From the NCBI GenBank assembly GCA_030430915.1, contig JAUIKH010000002.1, forward strand, positions 1 through 46,921: a DNA stretch of 46,921 nt, in the 5' to 3' direction. The translations under genes and the position numbers were made by a program. The stretch comes from a bacterium. Lineage in GTDB: Bacteria; Patescibacteriota; Saccharimonadia; Saccharimonadales; SZUA-47. Under the pieces are notes generated by a model, which saw only the letters and a list, made by a program, of their open reading frames with translations, searched no databases and was not told where the DNA came from. Below are positions 9,817-20,013 of the stretch, in pieces (the first letter of the stretch is position 1; each line of letters begins with the position of its first letter).

Positions 9817-9849
9817 CATTCCACCTCACATGAAAAGACACGAATCTTA

Positions 9850-9879
9850 AGATTACACAGCAAACCCTCTACCCGTCAA
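9850..9879 (-). promoter_or_regulatory. Sigma70-type promoter of the LysM-CHAP gene
   Basis: TTGACG-N18-TAATCT with TG in the extended -10 region. Confidence 0.6.
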
Positions 9880-10000
9880 CCACCCAAAGTGCTTAAGGTG
9901 TTATAACAGAGGTAAATTTTCATATTTTTTTGTTGTAATATTGTACATACAGACAAATGCGGTTGAGCTTGAATAATCAACTAATTAAGTATATACTCGT

Positions 10001-10567
10001 GTGATGCCAGAATGGGATATATTTCCTTTTGAAAATCCGAGAACGGAAAAATATAAAGAGTATGGAGATAAAGACATACTTGAAAGAATCGTAGCGTCTC
10101 AAGTTGCGTTTCTGCTTTCAAAATATGGTGAGCTATACGTTGAAGAAGTAGATAACAGTGATGGCACTGAATTTGACGGTTCCATGAGTTATAAGGGTAT
10201 TAGAATTGAAAGAATACCCCTGGAAGATGATGGAGAGATTGAAATTTCTCAGTTTCCTTTAATAAATGGTGAGTTCTCCACTCAACCTGGACATCATAGT
10301 GTTACAAAATTCAACGAAGATGATGTCTCAGAATTTATGGTAGGAATTGGCGACCCAGAAAAGCCTGGAATACCTAAAGTTACAGACAGCTCAAAAAATA
10401 GCGTAGACGGAAAACAATTGTTGGAACTACACGATGCACTAGATGAGGTTGAAGCCCAGTTCAAGCTTATGTCTAAAACCGTAAATGATCCATTTATAGA
10501 AACTACTGTTTATCCTGTTAGAGTAAATGATGAGCTAATCGACTGGTTTGATAGTCAACTTATGTAA
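10001..10567 (+). CDS. Hypothetical acidic protein
   Basis: 188-aa ORF, no recognised motif, followed by a terminator. Confidence 0.6.
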   Translation: MMPEWDIFPFENPRTEKYKEYGDKDILERIVASQVAFLLSKYGELYVEEVDNSDGTEFDGSMSYKGIRIERIPLEDDGEIEISQFPLINGEFSTQPGHHSVTKFNEDDVSEFMVGIGDPEKPGIPKVTDSSKNSVDGKQLLELHDALDEVEAQFKLMSKTVNDPFIETTVYPVRVNDELIDWFDSQLM

Positions 10568-10579
10568 ATAATACATGTT

Positions 10580-10607
10580 AAAGCTTCCTGAAAAGTAGCT
10601 TTTTTTT
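10580..10607 (+). terminator. Putative intrinsic terminator
   Basis: AAAGCT...AGCTTT imperfect stem followed by a T run. Confidence 0.45.
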
Positions 10608-10644
10608 GTAACCTTAAGTATAATTACATTAAATCGGAGGTTTA

Positions 10645-12102
10645 ATGTCGGAAAACGATAATTTATCTAGTGAAAGTAACACACCTCAGGTAATAAAGCC
10701 TGATGAGATACCAAGTAAGAATAATTCTCGATTTTCTTTTATTGGTAAAGCCGTAGATAAAATCAAGGGATTAAATCGTAATACAAAATTAGCGCTTAGT
10801 TTGGTGTTAATCTTGGTAGTAGTAGGGGTTACGACTTTTACAATTAACGGTGATGATTCTTATGAAATAGCAAATACTGAAGAAGAAATTGAGCAGATTG
10901 ATACAGCTGAACCAATCGAAGTTACTGTGGTGTATTCTGATGGTACTCTAGAGTACAAAAATGAAGATGAAGGCTGGCAAAAAGTATCAGAAAACATGGG
11001 ATTAGAAACTGGAATGAGTCTGAAAACTACAGGGGCAGGCTCAAAAGCAGCAATAGAACTGGAAGATGGCAGTATTATTCGTATTGATTCCAACACAGAA
11101 GTAAACCTTGAAACTCTAACCGAATCTAAAGTTGTTATAGCTCAAGAGAGTGGATACATATACCACCGAGTCATACCCTCTGAAGAAAGAACTTATATAG
11201 TACTTACAGAAAATGCCCAATTTCAATCTGTAGGAACAGCATTTAGGACTGTTACAAGTGGTGACGAAGAAGCTGTTGAAGTATTTCAAAGTAGTGTAGA
11301 AGAGACTAACCATGATTTAAAAGCTGAAGAGGGTGAAAAAATTATTGCAAAAAGCAGCGTAGACCCATCAAAAGATAAAACCGTTGAAAAACTTGATATA
11401 GAAACTATAAAAAAAGATGCATTTGTTCTGTGGAACAGGGAGCAAGACCTTAAAAATGAAAACTTTAAAGACTTGCTAGGTTTTTTATCTGATTTTGATG
11501 GACCTAGTATTGAAATTACCAGCCCCGGGCCAGACAGCACAATTGAAATTCCTGCCGATAAAGCTAATGGCAGTGTTGCGATAACAGGCAAAACAGCTAA
11601 AGGCGCGAAATTAACCGTTACCTCCAAATCTATCCCAGGTAGCCAGCCAGTAGATGTGAGTATTGATGCAAACGGAAATTTCACAACTCCAGCACTTGAA
11701 GGAGCACCAGGAAGTTCTGTATTTGAATTCACAGCAACAGACAGCAGAGGAAATAAAACCACTAAAAACGTTAGCTACAATTTTGTTAAGAAAACAGTAA
11801 CCCAAGAGCAAGGGATAGCATTAACTGTAGACGAAAAATCAATAGAAAATAAAGCAATATTTTCATGGGGATTAGTCGGTATTACCACTCCAGATGGAGT
11901 TAAGCTAGTTTACAGTGAAACAAATGCTAATCCTAAATTTGGTACTGACAGCAGTATATATGTCAAATCAGGTGACAGCTACACTTTAAAGAAATCTGAG
12001 TTCCCATCAGGAAAAACCTACAATTTTAAAGCATGTAGATATATCAAAGCATCTAGCTCTTGTGATACTTACAGCAACAAAGTCACTATAGAAATTCCTT
12101 AG
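10645..12102 (+). CDS. Membrane-anchored FecR-like domain surface protein with Ig/FN3-like C-terminal domains
   Basis: TM helix; LKTT...A.I.LEDGSIIRIDSNT...VGTAF FecR-like pattern; beta-rich C-terminus; GGAGG SD. Confidence 0.7.
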   Translation: MSENDNLSSESNTPQVIKPDEIPSKNNSRFSFIGKAVDKIKGLNRNTKLALSLVLILVVVGVTTFTINGDDSYEIANTEEEIEQIDTAEPIEVTVVYSDGTLEYKNEDEGWQKVSENMGLETGMSLKTTGAGSKAAIELEDGSIIRIDSNTEVNLETLTESKVVIAQESGYIYHRVIPSEERTYIVLTENAQFQSVGTAFRTVTSGDEEAVEVFQSSVEETNHDLKAEEGEKIIAKSSVDPSKDKTVEKLDIETIKKDAFVLWNREQDLKNENFKDLLGFLSDFDGPSIEITSPGPDSTIEIPADKANGSVAITGKTAKGAKLTVTSKSIPGSQPVDVSIDANGNFTTPALEGAPGSSVFEFTATDSRGNKTTKNVSYNFVKKTVTQEQGIALTVDEKSIENKAIFSWGLVGITTPDGVKLVYSETNANPKFGTDSSIYVKSGDSYTLKKSEFPSGKTYNFKACRYIKASSSCDTYSNKVTIEIP

Positions 12103-12127
12103 AAATACAAGCTTAACTAAAAGTTTA

Positions 12128-12772
12128 CTACTTCTTACTTTTCTTTTCTGTTGGCGCAATAGCTAAAGAATAAAGATTCATTCCTACTATCATACCTAGA
12201 ATTGGTGCAAGTAAGTATGTAGAATTTAGTGAATTGTTAGCTAGTGCTACGGCAGGATTCAAAAAGCCTGCAGCTGCTAATGAAGCTACTAAGGCGCCGA
12301 AAGTTAGTGCACCTCCGATAGCAAAAGCCGAATAACCACCTTTGAGCTTCTGCGAAATAGCTGCAATTATGCCCATGCCAAATACAGCTGAGCCGATCAT
12401 TTCAGCCCAAAAAACACGCCATTCAAAGCTACCGAAACCTACTTCTGGTAAATTAGTATTGGTCAGATAATTGTACATCAACAAAGCACATGCTCCACCT
12501 AGCATTTGAGCTGCGATATAGACTAGAGCATTAGTAGTGTTGATTTTACGTAATGTCCAAAGCCCCAAAGTAACCGCAGGGTTAACGTGTGCGCCAGAAA
12601 CACTTCCAAATAGTGCTACGACTAGGGCTAGGGTTGCGCCTGCAGATATTGAAATATACCATGCTGCTGTACCCAAGCCAAACATGTTAGCGACTACTAA
12701 AACTACTGATGCTAAAATTAGAGTTCCTAAAAACTCAGACAATATTAGTTTAATTTTATCCTTTGAAAACAT
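12128..12772 (-). CDS. MIP family aquaporin
   Basis: SEFLGT, SGAHVNPAVT, AQMLGG and a second NPA; six hydrophobic helices. Confidence 0.92.
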   Translation of the reverse strand: MFSKDKIKLILSEFLGTLILASVVLVVANMFGLGTAAWYISISAGATLALVVALFGSVSGAHVNPAVTLGLWTLRKINTTNALVYIAAQMLGGACALLMYNYLTNTNLPEVGFGSFEWRVFWAEMIGSAVFGMGIIAAISQKLKGGYSAFAIGGALTFGALVASLAAAGFLNPAVALANNSLNSTYLLAPILGMIVGMNLYSLAIAPTEKKSKK

Positions 12773-12843
12773 ATAGACCTCCTAAAATGTTAATGCGCTA
12801 AGTATACATCTATTTTGAAGTTTTAAAAAATCTTAGGATTAAA

Positions 12844-13758
12844 CTAATCTACGATGACAGGAATGTCTTCGTGGCAAAGAATGGAAGCAGTGGCTAGGTT
12901 TAGCAATGCTAGTGTTTCTACCGTTCTATCCGTTTCTTCCTGATAACCCGAAGAGTTTAGGGCCTCAGCAGTCTTAGGAAAAGCCCAAGCATGGACTACA
13001 AAACCAGAAACTCCGAGCTCTTCTTTGACTTTCTGCATTTCAGGAGTCTTACCTGGTTTGGTTTTAATTAGAATAAATTGTCCATCATGATCACCCACTA
13101 GCTCTTCAAACCCGGCTCCAGAATCTCTAGAGGCATCTAATACACTGGCTCTGTCTTTGGCAAAGTAATCACCTTGTTCGACTCTAGCTTTGGCATTTGA
13201 TCCATATTCTTGTATACGCTCTGGTGTAATTTGATATCCTAGAGCATTTAAAGCGCTCCCTAAGTTTTCTCTGCTATCAGAAATTTCTTGATGTCTTTCT
13301 TGAGCTTTATTTGTCTGACCGCAACCACATGGTCCATGATTGTCACCGTGAGCACTTACACCTTCATTGCCTTTAGTTAGTGCAGCTGTGTTGCTTTTAA
13401 CTATTTCGATTTCTGTACTGCTTGCTGTTGTCTGTGCAATATCATGAGCATGGGCATTGCCCACTGGACCTCCAGCACTTCTTGGCAGTAAGCTTCTTGT
13501 TCCGTCTTCATAAAATCTTTCATCTATACAAATAGATGCAATAGAATCTTGCGATATATCATCATCAAACTCTCCGCTGAGAATACGGCTAAATTTTTCT
13601 GATAACTCAGGAGTCACTACTGTTCCTTCTCCGACAGATCCCTTACCTAATCCAAATTCGCCCAGTGTTTTATAGTCTACTTGTAACACATTTCCTCCTA
13701 ATAGATTAGGATCCTGTCCGTGCGAATCAAGCCCCAATTCAAAACTATTTTCTTTCAT
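12844..13758 (-). CDS. Putative carbonic anhydrase (beta/zeta-like Cys-His-Cys metal site)
   Basis: CIDER, SAGG and HGD.HGPCGC motifs. Confidence 0.55.
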   Translation of the reverse strand: MKENSFELGLDSHGQDPNLLGGNVLQVDYKTLGEFGLGKGSVGEGTVVTPELSEKFSRILSGEFDDDISQDSIASICIDERFYEDGTRSLLPRSAGGPVGNAHAHDIAQTTASSTEIEIVKSNTAALTKGNEGVSAHGDNHGPCGCGQTNKAQERHQEISDSRENLGSALNALGYQITPERIQEYGSNAKARVEQGDYFAKDRASVLDASRDSGAGFEELVGDHDGQFILIKTKPGKTPEMQKVKEELGVSGFVVHAWAFPKTAEALNSSGYQEETDRTVETLALLNLATASILCHEDIPVIVD

Positions 13759-13858
13759 TAATTTTCTCTTTCCTAGTGATTACTATCAATATTTTACTTG
13801 ATAATTATCACTTATAGCTGGCCATTATTCAAGTAAAATATTTGTTATAAGAGGTATT

Positions 13859-14230
13859 ATGCAATCATCAGTTAATCCAGAATGCAAAGAGTTACCAGTA
13901 AACTTGCCTACTGGTAGAGGGGAGACTAGCACAAAAACTGTAATCCCTGTAGACGTATTAGCAGTAGTTAATGCTCAAGATCTTGACTTACCTGATTTAG
14001 CATATTCAAACGTCGTAGATACGCTACAAAGATCTGATGATGTGCAAAGGTTTACAATAAACAGTATTCACGAAGCATCTAAGCAAGAGATGAACGACAG
14101 AGATAAGCGCAGAACAATATCTTTGTCTATACTAGTTGGACGGGTTATTCAAGCCGCAAATGATAGAGAAGCAGCCGAAGCCTCATTAAAAACAACTACA
14201 CAAGTCTTCTACCAGCCAAGAATATTTTAA
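13859..14230 (+). CDS. Hypothetical protein
   Basis: 123-aa ORF with GAGG upstream; no motif. Confidence 0.55.
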   Translation: MQSSVNPECKELPVNLPTGRGETSTKTVIPVDVLAVVNAQDLDLPDLAYSNVVDTLQRSDDVQRFTINSIHEASKQEMNDRDKRRTISLSILVGRVIQAANDREAAEASLKTTTQVFYQPRIF

Positions 14231-14251
14231 TTAATAAAAATATTCCAAAGA

Positions 14252-15796
14252 CTATGAAGCCTTGTTTGCACGGGCAATCTTTTGTTCTTCTTTAAGTTTT
14301 AGTCCAAGTTTCTTTATTAGTGCAGGAGAAACAAAAGTAGTGATTATAACAACCAGAATAATTGTACTGAATAGCTCATCGCTTAAAACCCCTAACGCAC
14401 TACCAGTAGCTGCAAAGATCAGCCCAACTTCACCTCTTGGTACCATTGAAACTCCAACTAGCATTTTTTCTGTCATGCTGCCTTTCATTCCTATTCCAGA
14501 AACAAACTTGGCTGCAACTGCAACAACAGAAATAATACCCGCTATTAAATAAAGTTTTGGTTGTAGCAAAGAACCGAAATCAATTTGTAAACCTGTATAT
14601 ACAAAAAATACTGGAATAAAAATCAAACCAATACTGTTAATTAAATCTTCTACATGTGCATGTCTATGCTTTTTAATTAACTGTGCGACATTTGCACCAT
14701 TCTTATCGTCAGCTTCCAGATATTTTATATCTTCAATGATTTCTGGATCTGAAAAAGATTCAAAATGAACTGAATCCAGCAATAAACCGGCTGCAAAAGC
14801 TCCAATAATAGGCTCTAGACCAAAGATTTCTGCTAAATATCCAAAAACCAAAGCGAAGCTTATTGCTAAAGTAACCTTCATGCCTATTCCCGTGTTAATT
14901 GCACTAAACATTTTAGATAATGGTCTGGCAACTAAAGTACCTATATAAAGCGACCCAACCAAGAATCCAAATGACTTAAGAGCTAAAACTAACACGAGAC
15001 TAGCTGAGAGCTCACCGCCCGAAACTAACGCAGAAATTACAGCTAACACAATAAGCCCTAGAACATCATCGATAACTGCTGCCCCTAAGACTGTCTGAGC
15101 GGCTTTACTTCTTGTTAGCTTTAATGACCTAAAAACAGATGCGGTTATACCTACGCTAGTTGCTACTAAAGATGCTCCCAAAAATAATCTAGCGTTTGAA
15201 GATGCGTCACTAAAAAATATTGGCCCCAACACAAAAGAACCAACAACAAAAGGCACTACGACACCAATTATCGCAATTACAAGCGCACTTGCTCCAACCT
15301 TTTTCATGTCTTTAATCTGCGATTCTAGGCCGATAGAGAACAATAGCAAAAGGGCCCCAAACTGAGCTAAGAAACTGATTATTTCATTTGTCGCAACTTG
15401 AGATATAAAATCCCAGCCAAAGTAACCCAACGCAGATAAGGCTATGCCAGCTAGCAACTCTCCTATTACGGCAGGCTGACCATATTTTTCGACAATATTT
15501 CCTAATTTACCAGCTACAAGAACCAAGGCAAACATAGCAAACACTAATCCAAAGTGGTGCACAGCTGAATGGTCGGAATGATCTGACCCCATATCTTCTT
15601 CTATATGAGCTGCGTCTACATTTTCTTCAGAAGAATAATCTTCATCAATAACTATTATATGATCTTCTGAGGAATCGCGTTCTGTAATTGAGCTATTTGT
15701 TTGTTCTGAGTCCGCTCTAGCTTGAAATGGAGCAGCTATTTGAAACGCAGACACAGAAAAAATAATCAGGACAAAGCTAATCAAAGCTTTTTTCAT
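14252..15796 (-). CDS. Cation:proton antiporter (CPA2/NapA-like) with signal peptide and His/acid-rich N-terminal extension
   Basis: QPAVIGELLAG, LLFSIGLE, ATSVGIT, AAVIDDVLG, PVFFVYTG and MVPRGEVGL motifs. Start is ATG 15796 or TTG 15814. Confidence 0.9.
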   Translation of the reverse strand: MKKALISFVLIIFSVSAFQIAAPFQARADSEQTNSSITERDSSEDHIIVIDEDYSSEENVDAAHIEEDMGSDHSDHSAVHHFGLVFAMFALVLVAGKLGNIVEKYGQPAVIGELLAGIALSALGYFGWDFISQVATNEIISFLAQFGALLLLFSIGLESQIKDMKKVGASALVIAIIGVVVPFVVGSFVLGPIFFSDASSNARLFLGASLVATSVGITASVFRSLKLTRSKAAQTVLGAAVIDDVLGLIVLAVISALVSGGELSASLVLVLALKSFGFLVGSLYIGTLVARPLSKMFSAINTGIGMKVTLAISFALVFGYLAEIFGLEPIIGAFAAGLLLDSVHFESFSDPEIIEDIKYLEADDKNGANVAQLIKKHRHAHVEDLINSIGLIFIPVFFVYTGLQIDFGSLLQPKLYLIAGIISVVAVAAKFVSGIGMKGSMTEKMLVGVSMVPRGEVGLIFAATGSALGVLSDELFSTIILVVIITTFVSPALIKKLGLKLKEEQKIARANKAS

Positions 15797-15897
15797 ATTT
15801 GCTTTATTCTCCAAAAGAGTAACTTATTTTACCAATGTATTATATATCACATTTTACATGTGTCAATCATCACTTATATAAAATGTGTGCTTTTAGG

Positions 15898-16323
15898 CTA
15901 TCGCCTTGAACGTCTACGTAATTCGGCAATCTTAAGCCTTGATGCTTGTCGATCCACAATTGCCTGTGCTTTGTCTAAAGATACCTGATCTTTTGCTTCT
16001 GAACGCAACTGTTTAGCACGTTTTAGTGCTTCTTCAGCTTCTTTAGCGCTAACTTCTGAATCTTTGTCGGCTTCATCTACCAACACTCTAACTGTACCCC
16101 CCGAAATCTCAATAACACCACTGTCTATGGCATAGTTTTCCATCATGTCGTCTGGATGATTATCCTTTTTTCTGACACTAATTACACCAGTTGAAGCTAT
16201 GCTAACTAACGGTGCATGGTTTTTGAACACTGCTATTTGTCCTTGTGGGGTAGGCAATAATACTTCGTGCACAGAATCACGTAATTTTACACCTGTTAGT
16301 GTTACTAATTCAAAATGAATCAT
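15898..16323 (-). CDS. atpC: ATP synthase F1 epsilon subunit
   Basis: FELVT, LPT..G.IAV..NHAPL, VRVLVDEA and C-terminal helices; last gene of the atp operon. Confidence 0.93.
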   Translation of the reverse strand: MIHFELVTLTGVKLRDSVHEVLLPTPQGQIAVFKNHAPLVSIASTGVISVRKKDNHPDDMMENYAIDSGVIEISGGTVRVLVDEADKDSEVSAKEAEEALKRAKQLRSEAKDQVSLDKAQAIVDRQASRLKIAELRRRSRR

Positions 16324-16495
16324 TATCTATTCTTTCTATAATGTTGAAAATTATTAAAAATCTTCTTACCTGCCATAGCTACTCCTGCCATAGCTACAGC
16401 TCCAATAGCCGCATTGAAGGCTACAAATTTTATTGCTTCTTTATCTTCTACCATTTTAGGCAAAGGTACTATATCGATACGTTCTGATGAAACCA

Positions 16496-16496
<1 letters not shown>
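16323..16496 (-). CDS. 57-aa small membrane protein between atpD and atpC (absent from the ORF track)
   Basis: MVSSERIDIVPLPKMVEDKEAIKFVAFNAAIGAVAMAGVAMAGKKIFNNFQHYRKNR. Overlaps the atpD stop and the atpC start by TAATG at both ends. Confidence 0.75.
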
Positions 16497-17887
<1,391 letters not shown>

Positions 17888-17932
17888 TTAATTCCTTTCT
17901 GATTGTTCTGATGTTTATTTATCTGGATTAAA

Positions 17933-18304
17933 TTATTCTTCATACTCATATTGGAACCTCTCTCTTTCTTCTGCAATCCCAAGCCTATGCCCTACAATCA
18001 GTCCACGGTGAGCTACACTATAAATAATGTTTTCAATAAGTTCATCTACTTCGCTCTTGGTCTGTTCATCAATGGTTGATATTCCTAAGCCAAGAACATT
18101 TATTATAGACCTTCTTGATGCAAGCTCAGTAATATAATCAACCGTATCCTTAAATTGGTGCAAAACATCATCTGTTATCATATCAGCAACATCATCACTA
18201 TTTACCGCCTCTTCTGGAGAAGAATTTGCTATTGGAAACATACGACCCCAAGCTTCTGCCGCATTGTCATTTGATAATAATTCCATATTTGTTGGATTTT
18301 TCAT
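17933..18304 (-). CDS. Hypothetical acidic protein inside the atp operon
   Basis: 123-aa ORF coupled to the upstream ORF by TAATG. Confidence 0.65.
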   Translation of the reverse strand: MKNPTNMELLSNDNAAEAWGRMFPIANSSPEEAVNSDDVADMITDDVLHQFKDTVDYITELASRRSIINVLGLGISTIDEQTKSEVDELIENIIYSVAHRGLIVGHRLGIAEERERFQYEYEE

Positions 18305-18782
18305 TATTTCATAGCCTCTGTTATTTCTTTTGTTAGACCTAGCTGTTTGGCTTCAGTAAATCTCTGGGCATAGTCAGGTGCCCAGTCGCTCCTCAAGAAA
18401 GAGTCCATGCTAGTTTTTTTATCAGCCTCAGGAACTTTTAAGTTATTCTTACTTCTGTATAAAAAATCAGCAAACCTAACATCATCAGATATTTCATCCA
18501 CCACTAAAGACCCTACATCAATAGCCAACTCTCTTGTTATAGTCTCTAGATCGTTTTCAGGAAATAACTTTTCTGATTCTTTTTTATAATGCTCATCAGA
18601 TCTAAGCGCACTGCCTAATGAAATGTTACCAGCATGAAACACTATGTCATCAGAATATCTGCTTATAACTCCGTCTATTCTTCTATTTCGTCCATGAAGG
18701 TTCGCTAATAAATCTATAGTCATGTCATTTATTAACTCACGTGACTCATGAACATTTGAGGTTGTCATCATTTCATAGCCTC
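18301..18782. repeat. 18-bp imperfect direct repeat flanking the 155-aa atp-operon insert
   Basis: TCATTATTTCATAGCCTC (18301-18318) vs TCATCATTTCATAGCCTC (18765-18782), 17/18 identical. Confidence 0.7.
18304..18771 (-). CDS. Hypothetical protein inside the atp operon
   Basis: 155-aa ORF overlapping the atpG stop (ATGA); ends EAMK like AtpG. Confidence 0.65.
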   Translation of the reverse strand: MMTTSNVHESRELINDMTIDLLANLHGRNRRIDGVISRYSDDIVFHAGNISLGSALRSDEHYKKESEKLFPENDLETITRELAIDVGSLVVDEISDDVRFADFLYRSKNNLKVPEADKKTSMDSFLRSDWAPDYAQRFTEAKQLGLTKEITEAMK

Positions 18783-19691
18783 CGCACCACCGGTAATTTC
18801 TGCTAGTTCTTGAGTAATAGCTGATTGTCTGGCTGAATTTGCTGCTAGTGTTAAATCATCAATTAAATCACCCGCATTATCGCTTGCAGTTTTCATAGCC
18901 ATCATTCTAGAACTTTGTTCACTAGCTTGGCTCTCGAGATATGCTTGCCAAAGCTGTACATCAATTAATCTATCTGACACTTCATCCAAAACTACTTTTG
19001 GACTTGGCTCAAAAATAGCGAGCTCAAGATCATTGGAAACCCTAACTTCAGAAAATGCTGCAGGTAACAATCTTTGTAGTGTAACTTCTTGTACAACGCT
19101 TGACTTATAGTCCGTAAACAAAACATCCACCGCATCTACTACGGGCTCGGACGTTACTTTTTTAGGTATTCCTGATTCCTCAGATTTAATTATCGTAGTT
19201 TCACCAGCAAATTGATTTTTGATAGTTGTCAACACCGCTTGCAGGTCACTTATTGTTGGTTTTTCTGGCATGTGATCATAACTACCAACTATCTCTAACC
19301 CTTGTACACGTGCAGCAAATTTTGCTGCTTGTTTGCCAATCAGAATAAGCTTAGTGTTAATTCCGTTTTCTTTATCCTGTTTTAATTCTTTAGTAAGTTG
19401 TCTTAATACGTTACTGTTGTAGGCTCCTGCTAGACCCCTATCACTTGTAATAACTATTAGTGTGCGGCATTTTACCTGTCTAGTCACAAAAAGTCGATGA
19501 TTACTGACGTCTGTTAATTCCCTAAGTCTAGTTAATATCTGAGCTGCAGTTTTTGTATAATCACGACTGGATAGGGTAGTCTCTTGAGCACGGCGCATTT
19601 TTGATGCAGCCACTAATTCCATAGCCTTGGTAATCTGTTTTGTATTCTTAACAGTTTTGATTCGGGCTTTTATCTGTTGCGTACTAGCCAT
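18768..19691 (-). CDS. atpG: ATP synthase F1 gamma subunit
   Basis: KQITKAMELVAASK, SDRGLAGAYN, SEQSSRMMAM and RQSAITQELAEI. ATG 19691 follows an AAGGAG SD. Confidence 0.97.
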   Translation of the reverse strand: MASTQQIKARIKTVKNTKQITKAMELVAASKMRRAQETTLSSRDYTKTAAQILTRLRELTDVSNHRLFVTRQVKCRTLIVITSDRGLAGAYNSNVLRQLTKELKQDKENGINTKLILIGKQAAKFAARVQGLEIVGSYDHMPEKPTISDLQAVLTTIKNQFAGETTIIKSEESGIPKKVTSEPVVDAVDVLFTDYKSSVVQEVTLQRLLPAAFSEVRVSNDLELAIFEPSPKVVLDEVSDRLIDVQLWQAYLESQASEQSSRMMAMKTASDNAGDLIDDLTLAANSARQSAITQELAEITGGAEAMK

Positions 19692-20013
19692 AGAAAGCTC
19701 CTTGACTTGCAGCGTTTTTAACATCTAACTGTCTGCTAATCTCTTGTGCAACGTCCATTACTTCAGTTAAATCTGTATGTACCTCACTAGATAGAGCAAC
19801 AGCAGAAAGCCACTCTTCTAACGGATAAGTCCGTTCGATCATATCAATTCTATCGTCTGAGAAGACTGGCTCATATTCCATAACTTCAACATCAGCAGAT
19901 TTTAATAAGAAGAATTGCCTTGTTTTCTCTAGGTAATCAACGCTAGGCTGAGTTGAGCTCTGATGTATAAAATCAGAAGCTGTTCTTACTAAATCTGCTT
20001 CAGATGATGCCAT
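19684..20013 (-). CDS. Hypothetical acidic protein between atpA and atpG
   Basis: 109-aa ORF with TAATG overlap to atpA and an 8-nt overlap with atpG; carries the atpG SD. Confidence 0.65.
   Translation of the reverse strand: MASSEADLVRTASDFIHQSSTQPSVDYLEKTRQFFLLKSADVEVMEYEPVFSDDRIDMIERTYPLEEWLSAVALSSEVHTDLTEVMDVAQEISRQLDVKNAASQGAFYG

Noticed and set aside
16299..16487. 62-aa plus-strand ORF between atpC and atpD
   Set aside because: It is antisense to the operon; the minus-strand 57-aa ORF with double TAATG coupling explains the interval better.
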